Shown: positions 1 through 9,636 of the stretch, one piece after another | Numbering within the stretch: position 1 is the first letter of the stretch | How the letters are laid out: each line of letters starts with the position of its first letter | Source of the DNA: an uncultured Gemmatimonadaceae bacterium | Lineage (GTDB): Bacteria; Gemmatimonadota; Gemmatimonadetes; Gemmatimonadales; Gemmatimonadaceae | Assembly (NCBI GenBank): GCA_963740355.1 | Contig: CAVUDW010000002.1 | Location: 2,048,001 to 2,112,000 of the forward strand | Direction: 5' to 3' | DNA: 64,000 bases | The notes under the pieces: generated by a model | What the model was told of the DNA's origin: nothing | Database searches by the model: none | What the model saw: only the letters and a program-made list of their open reading frames with translations | Position numbers and translations under genes: made by a program

Positions 1-1867
1 TGTCGTCGAGCAGCACCAGGTCCGCAGCTTCACGCGCCACGTCGGTTCCGGTGCGGCCCATCGCCACACCGATGTCAGCTTGTGAGAGGGCAGGCGCATC
101 GTTCACGCCGTCGCCGGTCATGGCCACGAACTGCCCCTTTGCCTGCAGGGCGGCCACGATTCGAATCTTCTGCGCCGGATCGACGCGCGCATAGATCCGC
201 GTCTCGAGCACGCGCTCCGCGAGTGCGGCGTCGTCCATCGCCAGCAAGTCGCGCCCCGTCAGCAGGGCGCGCTGGTCGTCGGCGCCGATAATGCCGATCT
301 CCCGCGCGATCGACTCGGCGGTCTCGGCATGATCACCGGTGATCATCACGGTCGCGATCCCCGCCGCATGGCAGGCTGCAATCGCTGGTGCCGACTCGGC
401 ACGGGCCGGGTCCATCAGGCCCACGCAGCCGAGAATCTCGACGTCGGCTGAAATCGTGTCGTCCGGCAACAGGCCAGCCACGGTCCTCCGCGCGAATGCA
501 ATCACGCGCAAGCCGGACCGCGCCATCGCCTCGGCTTCGTGCTGCAACTCGGGGGCGTGCACGAGCAGCAGCTCCGGCGCTCCCTTCGTGTACGCGATGG
601 CGCTGCTGCCATCACCCGCGGCGTGCACGGTGGTCATCCGCTTGCGATCGGAGGTGAACGACAGCGTTGCGGTGCGGGGCGTTTGCAACTCGAGCTCGCG
701 CCGCGCGAATCCGTTGCTTTCCGCGTACATGGCCAGCGCGACTTCCGTCGGCTCGCCCTTCGCACCATCGGCGGCGGTGACATCGACGTCGTTGCAGAGT
801 GCCATCGCCGTCAGCAGTCCGGGAAGATCGACGGCACGCGCGTCCACCACGGTCATGCGGTTCTGCGTCAGCGTCCCCGTCTTGTCGGAGCAGATGTAGG
901 TCACCGATCCGAGTGTCTCAACGGCCGGGAGCCGACGAATCAGAGCCTGGTGCCGCACCATCCGGCGCGCGCCAATCGCCAGCAATACCGTCACGACGGC
1001 CGGCATCGCCTCAGGGATCGCTGCCACGGCGAGGCTGATCGCCGTCATCAGCATCAGCACGGCACGTTCGCCGCGCAACACGCCGGCGGTGAAGACGATG
1101 ACACAGATGGCGATGGCGACCAGCGCGAGCGTGCGGCTGACCCGTGCCAGCCGACGCTGCAACGGTGTTGTGAGTGGCGCCACACCAGAGATCAACCCGG
1201 CGATCTTGCCGATTTCGGTGGCACCGCCAGTCGCGACGACGATGCCGCGCGCTGATCCGCGGGTGGCGATAGTGCCGCTGAACGCCATGTTCAGTTGGTC
1301 CCCGAGTGGTGCGCTGGCGTCACTCACGAGGTCGAGCGTCTTGTGCACCGCGACCGACTCTCCGGTGAGCGCAGATTCGTCCACCTCGAGGTCGCTCAGC
1401 GCGGTCAGCCGAACATCGGCGGCCACGCGCGCGCCACCTTCCAGTCGGATGAGGTCGCCGACGACCAGCTCACGCGCAGGCAGCAGGCGAGTCACAGCAC
1501 CACGGATCACCGTCACCTCGGACGCTGCCATCTTGCGCAGTTCGCCGACGGCGCGTGCTGCTCGGAGCTCCTGCGTAAAGCCGATCAGCGCATTGAGCAC
1601 GACGATCAACGCGATCATCCAGGCATCTGATGCGTCACCGACTGCCACTGAAATTGCCGCGGCCGCCAGCAACAGCAGGATCATGACGTCACGGAATTGC
1701 GCCAACAGCAGTTGCGGCCACGAGGCGACAGCGTGTTCAGCGACTTCGTTCGGTCCGTCCCTGGCGAGTCGAGCGGCGGCTTCGGATTCGGTCAGTCCTG
1801 TCGAAGCATTTGTCTCGATCGTGTTCGCCACGGCATCGGGCGTCAGCGCTGGCCACTGCATTGTCAT
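1..1867 (-). CDS. Cation-transporting P-type ATPase (P2A, Ca2+-type); 3' end runs off the window
   Basis: Absent from the ORF track because it has no stop in the window. Manual translation from ATG 1867 gives MTMQWPALT... with TGES, IPEAMP (PEGL-like), DKTGT phosphorylation site, KGAPE, MITGD and GDGVNDAPAL motifs. Confidence 0.93.
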   Translation of the reverse strand, partial: MTMQWPALTPDAVANTIETNASTGLTESEAAARLARDGPNEVAEHAVASWPQLLLAQFRDVMILLLLAAAAISVAVGDASDAWMIALIVVLNALIGFTQELRAARAVGELRKMAASEVTVIRGAVTRLLPARELVVGDLIRLEGGARVAADVRLTALSDLEVDESALTGESVAVHKTLDLVSDASAPLGDQLNMAFSGTIATRGSARGIVVATGGATEIGKIAGLISGVAPLTTPLQRRLARVSRTLALVAIAICVIVFTAGVLRGERAVLMLMTAISLAVAAIPEAMPAVVTVLLAIGARRMVRHQALIRRLPAVETLGSVTYICSDKTGTLTQNRMTVVDARAVDLPGLLTAMALCNDVDVTAADGAKGEPTEVALAMYAESNGFARRELELQTPRTATLSFTSDRKRMTTVHAAGDGSSAIAYTKGAPELLLVHAPELQHEAEAMARSGLRVIAFARRTVAGLLPDDTISADVEILGCVGLMDPARAESAPAIAACHAAGIATVMITGDHAETAESIAREIGIIGADDQRALLTGRDLLAMDDAALAERVLETRIYARVDPAQKIRIVAALQAKGQFVAMTGDGVNDAPALSQADIGVAMGRTGTDVAREAADLVLLDD

Positions 1868-1918
1868 ACCGCAGGGTAGCGCAACGAGGAGCGCTATGCA
1901 GGAATTCCGCGCACCACG

Positions 1919-3088
1919 CTACGGCTTGCCACCGGTCATCAGCACGCCGTCCACCGACCCGAAATCGTCCGCCGCTGGTGCGAGATTCGTCGGTTGCTGC
2001 CACGCACCGTCGTTCAGTCGTATGGCCACGCGCCAGGTGCCGGCAGCCGGCGCCGCTCCGCAGTAGAAGCTGTGTGAGTCCCTGGGATGGCAGTTGCGTG
2101 GCACCCACTCGGTGAAGTCACCACGTAGCGAGGCGCGCTCGACCGACGTCATGCCAGCATCGAGCAACAGCATTCCGTTGACGACGCGCAGCGTCGGTCC
2201 GGCACGCGAGGATGTCACTGAACGCGAGAAGACGCGCGAGCCACCGATCCGGAGGCCGAGCAGCGCACTCCGCCCCGATGGAATGCCAGAGCGTACATCA
2301 GGAAGCCGCTGTGCCCCGCCGGCGAACAGCGAGATGCCGCGCGCCGTGGTGAATGTGAATGCGAGCTGCGGTCCGGCCCGCGTGCCACTGAGCCCTTGCT
2401 CCATGGCGCGAAGCGCTACGGACGCGTCGGCCCGCAGCCGGCCGCGTTCCCAGATCATGCGTGGCGTCAGGTCCAGTGTGCGAACGGCAAACTTCTCCGT
2501 GGCGTCCGCAGAAATGCCAAGTCGCTCCTGCAATGCCGCAGGCCGCATTGCGTCTGTGTAGCGAGCTTCAACCGCCAGCAACGTTGCGCCGCGATTGTGT
2601 GTGGCACTGGCGCCAACATCCATGTCCCGCCACATCTCGCCGCTGTACCGCAGCTGGCCGATGCGTGCGCTGAGCGTTGCGCCGATGGTCGGTGAACTTG
2701 CGCGCCATTCGGCACCGACGTCGCCATGCCAGGTGGAAAGCAGCCCAGTGGTTTTCAGGACCTGTCCAGTGCCGGTGAAGCGCACACCACGCATTGCTGG
2801 CGATCGCACGAAACCGCTGCCGAGAAATGACTGCCAGACCGGCGAACCGGTGGCGAGCACTGCGTCGCCGCCGATGCTGGCATCCCGTGCGGTGAGTTGC
2901 GCACTCGGGGCGAGGTAGAAGGCGGCACCGGTGCGGACGAGTGGTTGCTCGATGGCGGCTGCACCTGTCTCGACGCTGGCGCTGATGCGAGTTGAACGTA
3001 CCGGCGCCTGTGCCGTGACGGTGCGCGCGATTGCCGTGGCTGTCGCTACCGTGATGATGGCGCGGAGAACCCCTGGCGCGCGGCGCAT
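1919..3088 (-). CDS. Secreted/outer-membrane protein, probable beta-barrel with a C-terminal glycogen-binding (CBM48/AMPK1_CBM-like) domain
   Basis: Signal peptide, amphipathic beta-strand pattern, and C-terminal 'LRGDFTEW...GTWRVAIRLNDGAW..P...DDFG' typical of CBM48-like domains. Confidence 0.7.
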   Translation of the reverse strand: MRRAPGVLRAIITVATATAIARTVTAQAPVRSTRISASVETGAAAIEQPLVRTGAAFYLAPSAQLTARDASIGGDAVLATGSPVWQSFLGSGFVRSPAMRGVRFTGTGQVLKTTGLLSTWHGDVGAEWRASSPTIGATLSARIGQLRYSGEMWRDMDVGASATHNRGATLLAVEARYTDAMRPAALQERLGISADATEKFAVRTLDLTPRMIWERGRLRADASVALRAMEQGLSGTRAGPQLAFTFTTARGISLFAGGAQRLPDVRSGIPSGRSALLGLRIGGSRVFSRSVTSSRAGPTLRVVNGMLLLDAGMTSVERASLRGDFTEWVPRNCHPRDSHSFYCGAAPAAGTWRVAIRLNDGAWQQPTNLAPAADDFGSVDGVLMTGGKP

Positions 3089-3090
3089 CG

Positions 3091-3753
3091 TCAGGGCTTC
3101 GAGCCGAGGCTGCTCACACCCGGCAGGCCGACGCCACTCGTGGCGGCCGTGGGGCCGATGCCACCAATCAATCGCGTCATCCGGTCGTTGAGCGCGGCGT
3201 CGGGTGATGCGCCGCTGGCCACGTCACGCGCCAGGTCATCGGCGATGGCGAGGAGGGTGTTCGACGCCACCTGACGATCGAGTAACGCGCGGGCTGCGCG
3301 CACTGCCTGATCCTGTGTGACGCCGCGTCGTACGAGCCGAATCACGAACAGGAAATACGGTTCGGCGGAGCGTCGACCTGCGGCCACTCGGAGCGTCCGC
3401 AGCGACCTTCCGGATACGCCGGCCGCCAGCGCCTCGGCGCCCGCGTGCAACTCCGGGCTCGTGACGGTGGGTGCGAGCAGGCGCGCGACAGAGTCCACGC
3501 GCGCGGCGAGCAGGGCGACGGCGTCGGCAATGCGTGTTTGCGTGGCGCCCTTGGCCGAACCCTCAGCGATCTTTTCGCGCAGCAGTTCCGTGGGCAGGCC
3601 ACGGCGGTCGAAGTCACGGACCAGGGCATCGATGCGCTGCTGCGCGACGCGGTCAGCCTCGCTGGTGGCCGATTGCGCCCGCAGTTCACGGATGCCGCGG
3701 GTGCCGCTGGCAAGCAGCAACACGCCGACGAGCGCAGCGGCGCGCCAGTTCAC
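3091..3753 (-). CDS. Hypothetical secreted alpha-helical protein
   Basis: 220 aa with an N-terminal signal peptide; overlaps or abuts both operon neighbours. Confidence 0.7.
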   Translation of the reverse strand: MNWRAAALVGVLLLASGTRGIRELRAQSATSEADRVAQQRIDALVRDFDRRGLPTELLREKIAEGSAKGATQTRIADAVALLAARVDSVARLLAPTVTSPELHAGAEALAAGVSGRSLRTLRVAAGRRSAEPYFLFVIRLVRRGVTQDQAVRAARALLDRQVASNTLLAIADDLARDVASGASPDAALNDRMTRLIGGIGPTAATSGVGLPGVSSLGSKP

Positions 3754-4355
3754 GGCGCCTCGCCGACCACGAGCTCCGACCCCGTGACGCCGAAGTCGTG
3801 ATCCTCGACCGCATCGCGCATCGGATCGCGACGGAAGCGTCGACCGTCCACGAGGTAGGCGTAGACGTATCGTCCGGGCGGCAACAGCGTGGTCACGCGC
3901 CAGCGGCCGTCGGCACCGCGTTGCATGAGATTCACGTCGCGTGACCAGTGATTGAAGTCGCCAAGGACCTGCACCGATCGCGCATCCGGCGCGTCGAACT
4001 CGAAGACGATCGGGCGTGCGGCCGTAGCCATCACGGGTGTGACCGTCATGCCGACCGGTGTCACTTCGACAATTCGATTGGCTGCCGCGCCGATGTCCTG
4101 CGACGCGACCGCGACGGACTCCGCGCCAGCGCGGGTGCTCGCCTGTCGAACGAATGCCGCGCCCAGCGCGACGACCGCCACGGCGGCGGCCGCACGCATC
4201 GTCCAGGTGGTGGCGCGGTGGATTGGTGCGTTGGCGAGTACGGCGCGTGCGGCGACGCGTGCCACCGACTCGTTGTCCACCGTCGGCGTCTGTTGCAACG
4301 CGGTCAGCGCGGCAGCTAGGCGTGTCTCCGCACTCGGCATGTCTTCAGGCATCAT
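3750..4355 (-). CDS. Putative anti-sigma factor: short N-terminal domain, one TM helix, C-terminal CBM48/AMPK1_CBM glycogen-binding domain
   Basis: ATG 4355 overlaps the end of the sigma gene. TM 'AAAAVAVVALGAAFV'. CBM motif 'APDARSVQVLGDFNHW...GRWRVTTLLPPGRYVYAYLVDG..RDP'. Confidence 0.8.
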   Translation of the reverse strand: MMPEDMPSAETRLAAALTALQQTPTVDNESVARVAARAVLANAPIHRATTWTMRAAAAVAVVALGAAFVRQASTRAGAESVAVASQDIGAAANRIVEVTPVGMTVTPVMATAARPIVFEFDAPDARSVQVLGDFNHWSRDVNLMQRGADGRWRVTTLLPPGRYVYAYLVDGRRFRRDPMRDAVEDHDFGVTGSELVVGEAP

Positions 4356-4947
4356 TGTCGTCCTCGCGCAGCAGCTCGCGCACCGCATCCATGGCACGTT
4401 TTGCGCGCATCTTGCACGCCGAGACGCCGACGCCGGTGATCACGGCGATTTCGTCGTAGCTGAAGCCTTCCACATGGTGCAGCAGGAAGGTCTCGCGTTG
4501 CATGGCCGGGAGCCGACCCAGGGCACGGAACACGCGCGCGACATCACTGCGCGTGGAGGTGGCTAGCAACGGGTCGATGGTGTCGTCCCGCAGCTGTTCG
4601 TCGAGGGGCTGCACGCGCAGGCTCCAACGGCGGAGCTTCACGCGCAGGCTGCGGCAGCAGTTGGCGAGAATGGTGAAGAACCAGCTTTCGAACGATCGCG
4701 TGTCGTCGTAGCGCGGCAGGGCACGATACGTCCGCACCCACGCATCCTGCACGATGTCCTCGACGTCGTCGCGGCTGGCCCCGGTCATCTGGCTCGCAAA
4801 CCGGATCGCGCGTGGCTGCATGTGCTCGACCAGCGCCGTGAAGGCTCCCGCCTCGCCATCGCGCGCGCGCAGGGCGAGCACGTCGGCGGTCGCCAGCGTT
4901 CCCTCCTGGGCGCGATGATCGAGCTGAAGCGGTCGGGGCAGGGGCAT
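4345..4947 (-). CDS. ECF RNA polymerase sigma-70 factor
   Basis: Region 2 'DVEDIVQDAWVRTYR...FESWFFTILANCC' and region 4 'LPAMQRETFLLHHVEGFSYDEIA..TGVGVSACKMRAKRA'. Start set at ATG 4947, not the track's 5676. Confidence 0.92.
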   Translation of the reverse strand: MPLPRPLQLDHRAQEGTLATADVLALRARDGEAGAFTALVEHMQPRAIRFASQMTGASRDDVEDIVQDAWVRTYRALPRYDDTRSFESWFFTILANCCRSLRVKLRRWSLRVQPLDEQLRDDTIDPLLATSTRSDVARVFRALGRLPAMQRETFLLHHVEGFSYDEIAVITGVGVSACKMRAKRAMDAVRELLREDDNDA

Positions 4948-4998
4948 GCAGCCGTGCGGACGGGATGGGTCGGTGAGGCGGGGGGCAGGACTACAGGG

Positions 4999-5025
4999 AT
5001 ACTCACGGTTTGCGGTGCAGGTCAC
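4999..5025 (-). promoter_or_regulatory. Possible ECF-type (autoregulatory) promoter GTGACC-N16-AGTAT
   Basis: Loose match to the ECF -35 (TGACC/TAACC) and -10 (CGTA/CGTC-like) boxes, about 50 nt upstream of the sigma ATG. Confidence 0.3.
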
Positions 5026-5217
5026 CCCTCGACCCCGGAACTCAGGCAGAACGCCAGGAATCCTCCCGGATTTCCCGACAGCCTTTCCCCGAGACGGGAA
5101 TATGTTCGCATTGCCCGGTCTGGCACTGGAAACTAACCTTGACCGGCTTGACCCCCCGCGGCGATTCGCGCCGCTCTCGACGGGGATCTGCCTGCTCTGT
5201 TCGTCCGGAGGACGTGC

Positions 5218-8200
5218 ATGACTTCTCTTTTTGTTCGCCGCGCGTGGTGCGCTGTGGGGCTGCTGTTGGCAGCGCCCCTGGCACTCAACGCGCAAGCCGC
5301 CACGGGCACCATCCGTGGCAAGGTCACGGAAGCGTCCTCGGGACGCGGCCTGCCCGATGCCCAGATTCAGGTCGTTGGCACGCGCGTTGGCGCGCTCAGC
5401 CAGGCGTCCGGTGACTACGTAATGACCGCCGTCCCGGTCGGGGCGCGCGTCGTCCAGATCCGACGCATCGGCTTCCAGCCGATCAGCCGCACCGTCCAGG
5501 TGTTGGCCGGCGGCAGCGTCACGGTGGATGCCGCCTTGTCGGTGAGCGCCATCAACCTCTCCGAAGTCGTCGTGACGGGCACCGCATCGCCGACGGAAAA
5601 GCGTCGCGTCGGTACCAGCATCGCCACCGTCGATTCCACGGTCGTCTCCAAGGCGCAGGCGGTCACGGTCGACCAAGCGTTGCAGGGCAAGATCGCGGGA
5701 GCCCAGATCTCGCAGAACTCCGGCGGTCCTGGCGGCGGCGGTATCTCCGTTCGTCTCCGCGGCACCAACAGCTTCATCGCCGGCTCCGACCCGCTCTACA
5801 TCATCGATGGCGTGATCGTGGACAATGGCTCGGCGCAGCTGGCCGACCTCGGTGGTCGTTCCAACCCGCAGAATCGTCTCGCTGACATCAACCCGGCCGA
5901 CATCGATCGCATCGAGATCATTCGTGGTGCGGCAGCGGCGGCACTCTACGGCTCACGCGCCAACAACGGCGTGGTGCAGATCTTCACCAAGCGTGGCGTG
6001 ATCGGCAAGCCGCGCGTGACCTTCTCCACCCGCCTCGGTTCCAACGAACTGCGCGAATATCAGCCGTTCAACTTCTACCCGTACGACGTGAATGGCCTGC
6101 CCATTTCACGCTTCGACCTGCAGAAGGAGATCTTCCGCAAGTCGCCATCGTATGAGCAGAACGTGACCGTCGAAGGTGGCAACGATGCGACCCGCTACTT
6201 CATCAGCCTCAACAACTCCGAGGACCAAGGCATCATCCGCAGCACCGAGTCGCGTCGCCAGGGCGCACGGCTCAACCTGCAGCAGCAGCTGTCGCCGACG
6301 CTGATCGCGAACGTGAGCACGAACTTCATCAACACGCGCAATCAGTTCCAGGCCTTTGGCGAGCAGAACGACTACGGCATCATGGGGTCGCTGTTCTTCG
6401 CGCCGACGCAGTACGACTTCCGCCCGGTGAACGGCATCTATCCGCTGCCGCCGGCACTCGGCACGAACCCGCTGCTGGCCATTGCGCGCATCCGCAACCC
6501 GCAGACGATCAACCGCTTCATCGGCTCGGCCAAGCTGACCTGGACGCCGGTGCCGAAGCTGCTGGTGGATTACACCGCCGGTCTCGACAACGCGGCCTTC
6601 GAACAGCGCCAGTTCATTCCGCGTGCCGCAGTCCTTGGCACCGGTCCGCTGTCCACCGGCCAGTCGCAGTCGATCTACCAGAACACCCGCGTGTTGAACC
6701 AGGACCTCGTCGGTTCCTACTCATGGAACCCGGGCCAGACCTTCGAGTGGAAGTCCACCGCAGGCCTCAACTACACGCAGCAGACGATCAACCTCACACA
6801 GGCTGGCGCGAACGGTCTCGCTCCGGTCGGTGAGTTGGTGAACGCCGGTTCGGTGAAGTTCGGCACGCAGGCGCTCACGCAACTGCGCACGCTCGGCTTC
6901 TTCGGGCAGCAGGAACTGGCCGCGTGGAACAAGCTGTTCCTGACTGCCGCCGTGCGATATGACGCATCGTCCACCTTCGCTCCGGCTGAGCGGTGGCAGG
7001 CGTTCCCGAAGTTCTCGGCCTCGTACGTCGTGCTCGAGAATCGTCCGGGATTGCTCAACAGCGTGCGCCTCCGCAGCGCGCTCGGATGGGCCGGCAGCCA
7101 GCCTGGTGCCACGAACGCGTATTCGCAGTACGTGCTCTACGCCAACAGCTCGTTCGGTGGACGCCCTGGTTTCGTGAACGACGTGACCTACGGCAACGAG
7201 CAGCTGAAGAACGAACGTGCGCGCGAGTGGGAACTGGGCACGGAAGTCGGCGGATTCGGCGGCCGCGTCGGCCTCGAAGCGACCTACTACGATCGCCTCG
7301 TCTCCGACCTGCTGTTCTTCAAGCCGCTGCCCACCAGCACCGGCTTCTCGCGCCAGTTCGCGCCGATCGGCCGGATGTCCAACAAGGGCATCGAGCTGCT
7401 CATGCGCACGGTCAACATCGACCGCCAGAACCTGCGTTGGGAATCGACGGTCACGTACACGCGCAACAAGAACCTCGTCGAGAGCCTGTCGATTCTCGAC
7501 TTCCAGTCAGCAGGTGGCTATCCGAACCGTATCCGCGCCGGTGAGCCAGTCGGTGTGTTCTACGGCTCGTACGCGGCGCGCAATTGCGTCACGGGTGCGC
7601 TGCTGGTGGACTCGCTCGGTCGTTATCGCCGCAGCAACCAGACCGCCGACATGGGCGCCACACTGGCCGCTCGTCAGGCACTCAGCGGCGGTACCTGCAA
7701 CGACTCGCTGAACAAGGTGATCGGCGATCCGAACCCGACCTGGCTGGGCTCGATCCTCAACGAAGTCACGATTGGCAAGAAGCTTCGCCTGCGCGCGCTG
7801 TTCGACGGCAGCTTCGGCAACGACATCCTCAACCTGTCCACCCGTGCGCAGAACGCCGGTGTGGCCAGCAACTCGAAGGAATACGAGCGCGAACTGCTGC
7901 CGTACGGTGACCCGCGCAAGCTGGCCCCGAACTTCAACGGTCGCACGCAGGGCATCTTCGAGTACTGGATCGAAGACGGCAGCTTCGTGAAGCTGCGCGA
8001 ACTCTCGGCCAGCTACACGGTCGACTGGGCGCCGGTGAAAAAGGTGTTCCGCGAAGGCGTGGACCTGACAGTCTCGGGTCGCAACCTGTGGGTGTGGACG
8101 AAGTACTCCGGCTACGATCCCGAAGTGACCGCGTTCGGCACCAATGCCGGCGGCCTGGGCTCGGTGCAGACGACTGCCGCCGATCGCGGCATCGACTTCG

Positions 8201-8253
8201 GCGCCTATCCGATTCCGCGGGTCTGGTCTGTCAGTGCCCGGTTCACCTACTAA
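5218..8253 (+). CDS. susC: SusC/RagA family TonB-linked outer membrane protein
   Basis: Signal peptide, CarboxypepD_reg-like N-domain, plug 'DPLYIIDGV...INPADIDRIEIIRGAAAAALYGSRANNGVVQIFTK', 'EDGSFVKLRELS', C-terminal 'YPIPR...FTY'. Confidence 0.95.
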   Translation: MTSLFVRRAWCAVGLLLAAPLALNAQAATGTIRGKVTEASSGRGLPDAQIQVVGTRVGALSQASGDYVMTAVPVGARVVQIRRIGFQPISRTVQVLAGGSVTVDAALSVSAINLSEVVVTGTASPTEKRRVGTSIATVDSTVVSKAQAVTVDQALQGKIAGAQISQNSGGPGGGGISVRLRGTNSFIAGSDPLYIIDGVIVDNGSAQLADLGGRSNPQNRLADINPADIDRIEIIRGAAAAALYGSRANNGVVQIFTKRGVIGKPRVTFSTRLGSNELREYQPFNFYPYDVNGLPISRFDLQKEIFRKSPSYEQNVTVEGGNDATRYFISLNNSEDQGIIRSTESRRQGARLNLQQQLSPTLIANVSTNFINTRNQFQAFGEQNDYGIMGSLFFAPTQYDFRPVNGIYPLPPALGTNPLLAIARIRNPQTINRFIGSAKLTWTPVPKLLVDYTAGLDNAAFEQRQFIPRAAVLGTGPLSTGQSQSIYQNTRVLNQDLVGSYSWNPGQTFEWKSTAGLNYTQQTINLTQAGANGLAPVGELVNAGSVKFGTQALTQLRTLGFFGQQELAAWNKLFLTAAVRYDASSTFAPAERWQAFPKFSASYVVLENRPGLLNSVRLRSALGWAGSQPGATNAYSQYVLYANSSFGGRPGFVNDVTYGNEQLKNERAREWELGTEVGGFGGRVGLEATYYDRLVSDLLFFKPLPTSTGFSRQFAPIGRMSNKGIELLMRTVNIDRQNLRWESTVTYTRNKNLVESLSILDFQSAGGYPNRIRAGEPVGVFYGSYAARNCVTGALLVDSLGRYRRSNQTADMGATLAARQALSGGTCNDSLNKVIGDPNPTWLGSILNEVTIGKKLRLRALFDGSFGNDILNLSTRAQNAGVASNSKEYERELLPYGDPRKLAPNFNGRTQGIFEYWIEDGSFVKLRELSASYTVDWAPVKKVFREGVDLTVSGRNLWVWTKYSGYDPEVTAFGTNAGGLGSVQTTAADRGIDFGAYPIPRVWSVSARFTY

Positions 8254-8272
8254 TCAGCGGAGACGCTCACCC

Positions 8273-9625
8273 ATGCGCATGATCAAGCGATGCGTGGTGG
8301 CTCTCGCCGCCACCTCACTCGGCGCCTGCAGTCTCGACTTGCAGAGCCCGAACGCACCAACGGAAAGTCAGGTCACATCGTCTCCGGAAGGTGTGATTGC
8401 CCTGGCGACCGGCCTTCAGGGGCGGTTCGCCACCTCGTATTTCAACTATGCCTACATGGCGGGGCTCGTCACCGACGAGTTTGCCGCCACCAGCGCCGCG
8501 CTGATTTCGATCAGCGATGCGGAGCAGGGACTTGCCGCTCCTGGCACGGGTATCGCCGACAACGTCTTCAACTCGATCTATCGGACCGTGCGTACGGCTG
8601 ATGAGTTGCTGGCCGGCGCCGACCGGTTGTCTGGTTCCTTCGAGGCGGGCACACGCAGTGGCCTGAAGGCACTCGCCTATACCATGAAGGCGGAAGCGTT
8701 GGGCGAAGCGCTGCAGTCCTACCAGAAGATTCCGATCAACACATACAACATCACGGCGCCGACGTACGTGTCGCGTGCCGAGGCGTTGCCGGTGGTGCGT
8801 GCGCTGCTCGACTCGGCGGCGGCGACGCTGGCTGGTACGCCGGCCAGCGCGTTCTTCACGGCGAATATCCTCACGCCGGGTGTGAGCTTGCCCAACATGA
8901 TCCAGATCTACCGAGCGCGGTATGCGCGGATGGCTGGTGATGATGCGACCGCGCTGGCGGCGGCGAATCTCGTGGCACGCACCGGTACAGCGGCCATTTC
9001 GGTCCTGACGTATCCGGCACCGGGTGTGAACCCGTGGTCAGCGGTCACGGGTGGTACGAACGGCATCGCAGTGCGCCGCAGCTATCGCACCTCGATGTTG
9101 CCGCAGGATCAGCGCTTCAATTTCTTCGTCATTCCGTCCACCACGCTCGTTGGCCGCGTTGGCGCATTGCTGGATCCATTCAGCAATCGTTTCGCGGTGG
9201 CTTCTGCCACCCAGCCGGTGTATTTCCCCGACGAAGCGCTGCTGATCAAGGCTGAAGTGCTCACCACGCAGGGCAACCTGGCTGGTGCTCAAGCGGTGCT
9301 CGATTCGGTGCGGACGGATTGCACTGGCGGCCGTGGCATCGATGATCCGAAGGCCTGCCTGCCGGCGCTCGTCGGCTCGCTGACTGCGCCGCAACTGCTG
9401 GCCGAGATCTACACGCAGCGTCGGTACGAGCTGCTCGGTACCGGATTGCGCTGGGAAGATGCCCGTCGACGCAATGCGATCCGCGGTCCGGTTGCGGCGC
9501 CGAGTGTGCCGGTCGACGGCCAGCGCTGCTGGTTGCCGTACGCGATTGGTGATCGCAATGCGAACGCCAACGTGCCTGCCGATCCCTCTGAACCGGCGGC
9601 ATTCCCCGCTGGTTGTGCATTGTGA
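8273..9625 (+). CDS. susD: RagB/SusD family nutrient-uptake lipoprotein
   Basis: Lipobox LGAC, 'EALLIKAE' and 'RRYELLGTGLRWEDARR' SusD motifs; directly follows susC. Confidence 0.88.
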   Translation: MRMIKRCVVALAATSLGACSLDLQSPNAPTESQVTSSPEGVIALATGLQGRFATSYFNYAYMAGLVTDEFAATSAALISISDAEQGLAAPGTGIADNVFNSIYRTVRTADELLAGADRLSGSFEAGTRSGLKALAYTMKAEALGEALQSYQKIPINTYNITAPTYVSRAEALPVVRALLDSAAATLAGTPASAFFTANILTPGVSLPNMIQIYRARYARMAGDDATALAAANLVARTGTAAISVLTYPAPGVNPWSAVTGGTNGIAVRRSYRTSMLPQDQRFNFFVIPSTTLVGRVGALLDPFSNRFAVASATQPVYFPDEALLIKAEVLTTQGNLAGAQAVLDSVRTDCTGGRGIDDPKACLPALVGSLTAPQLLAEIYTQRRYELLGTGLRWEDARRRNAIRGPVAAPSVPVDGQRCWLPYAIGDRNANANVPADPSEPAAFPAGCAL

Positions 9626-9636
9626 GGATCGCTGAC

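Noticed and set aside
4948..5676. Long N-terminal extensions in the ORF track (sigma to 5676; likewise 26446..27600, 59715..62294, 56127..57392, 33652..35256)
   Set aside because: They overlap well-supported genes or repeats and are low-information; open frames are common in high-GC DNA.
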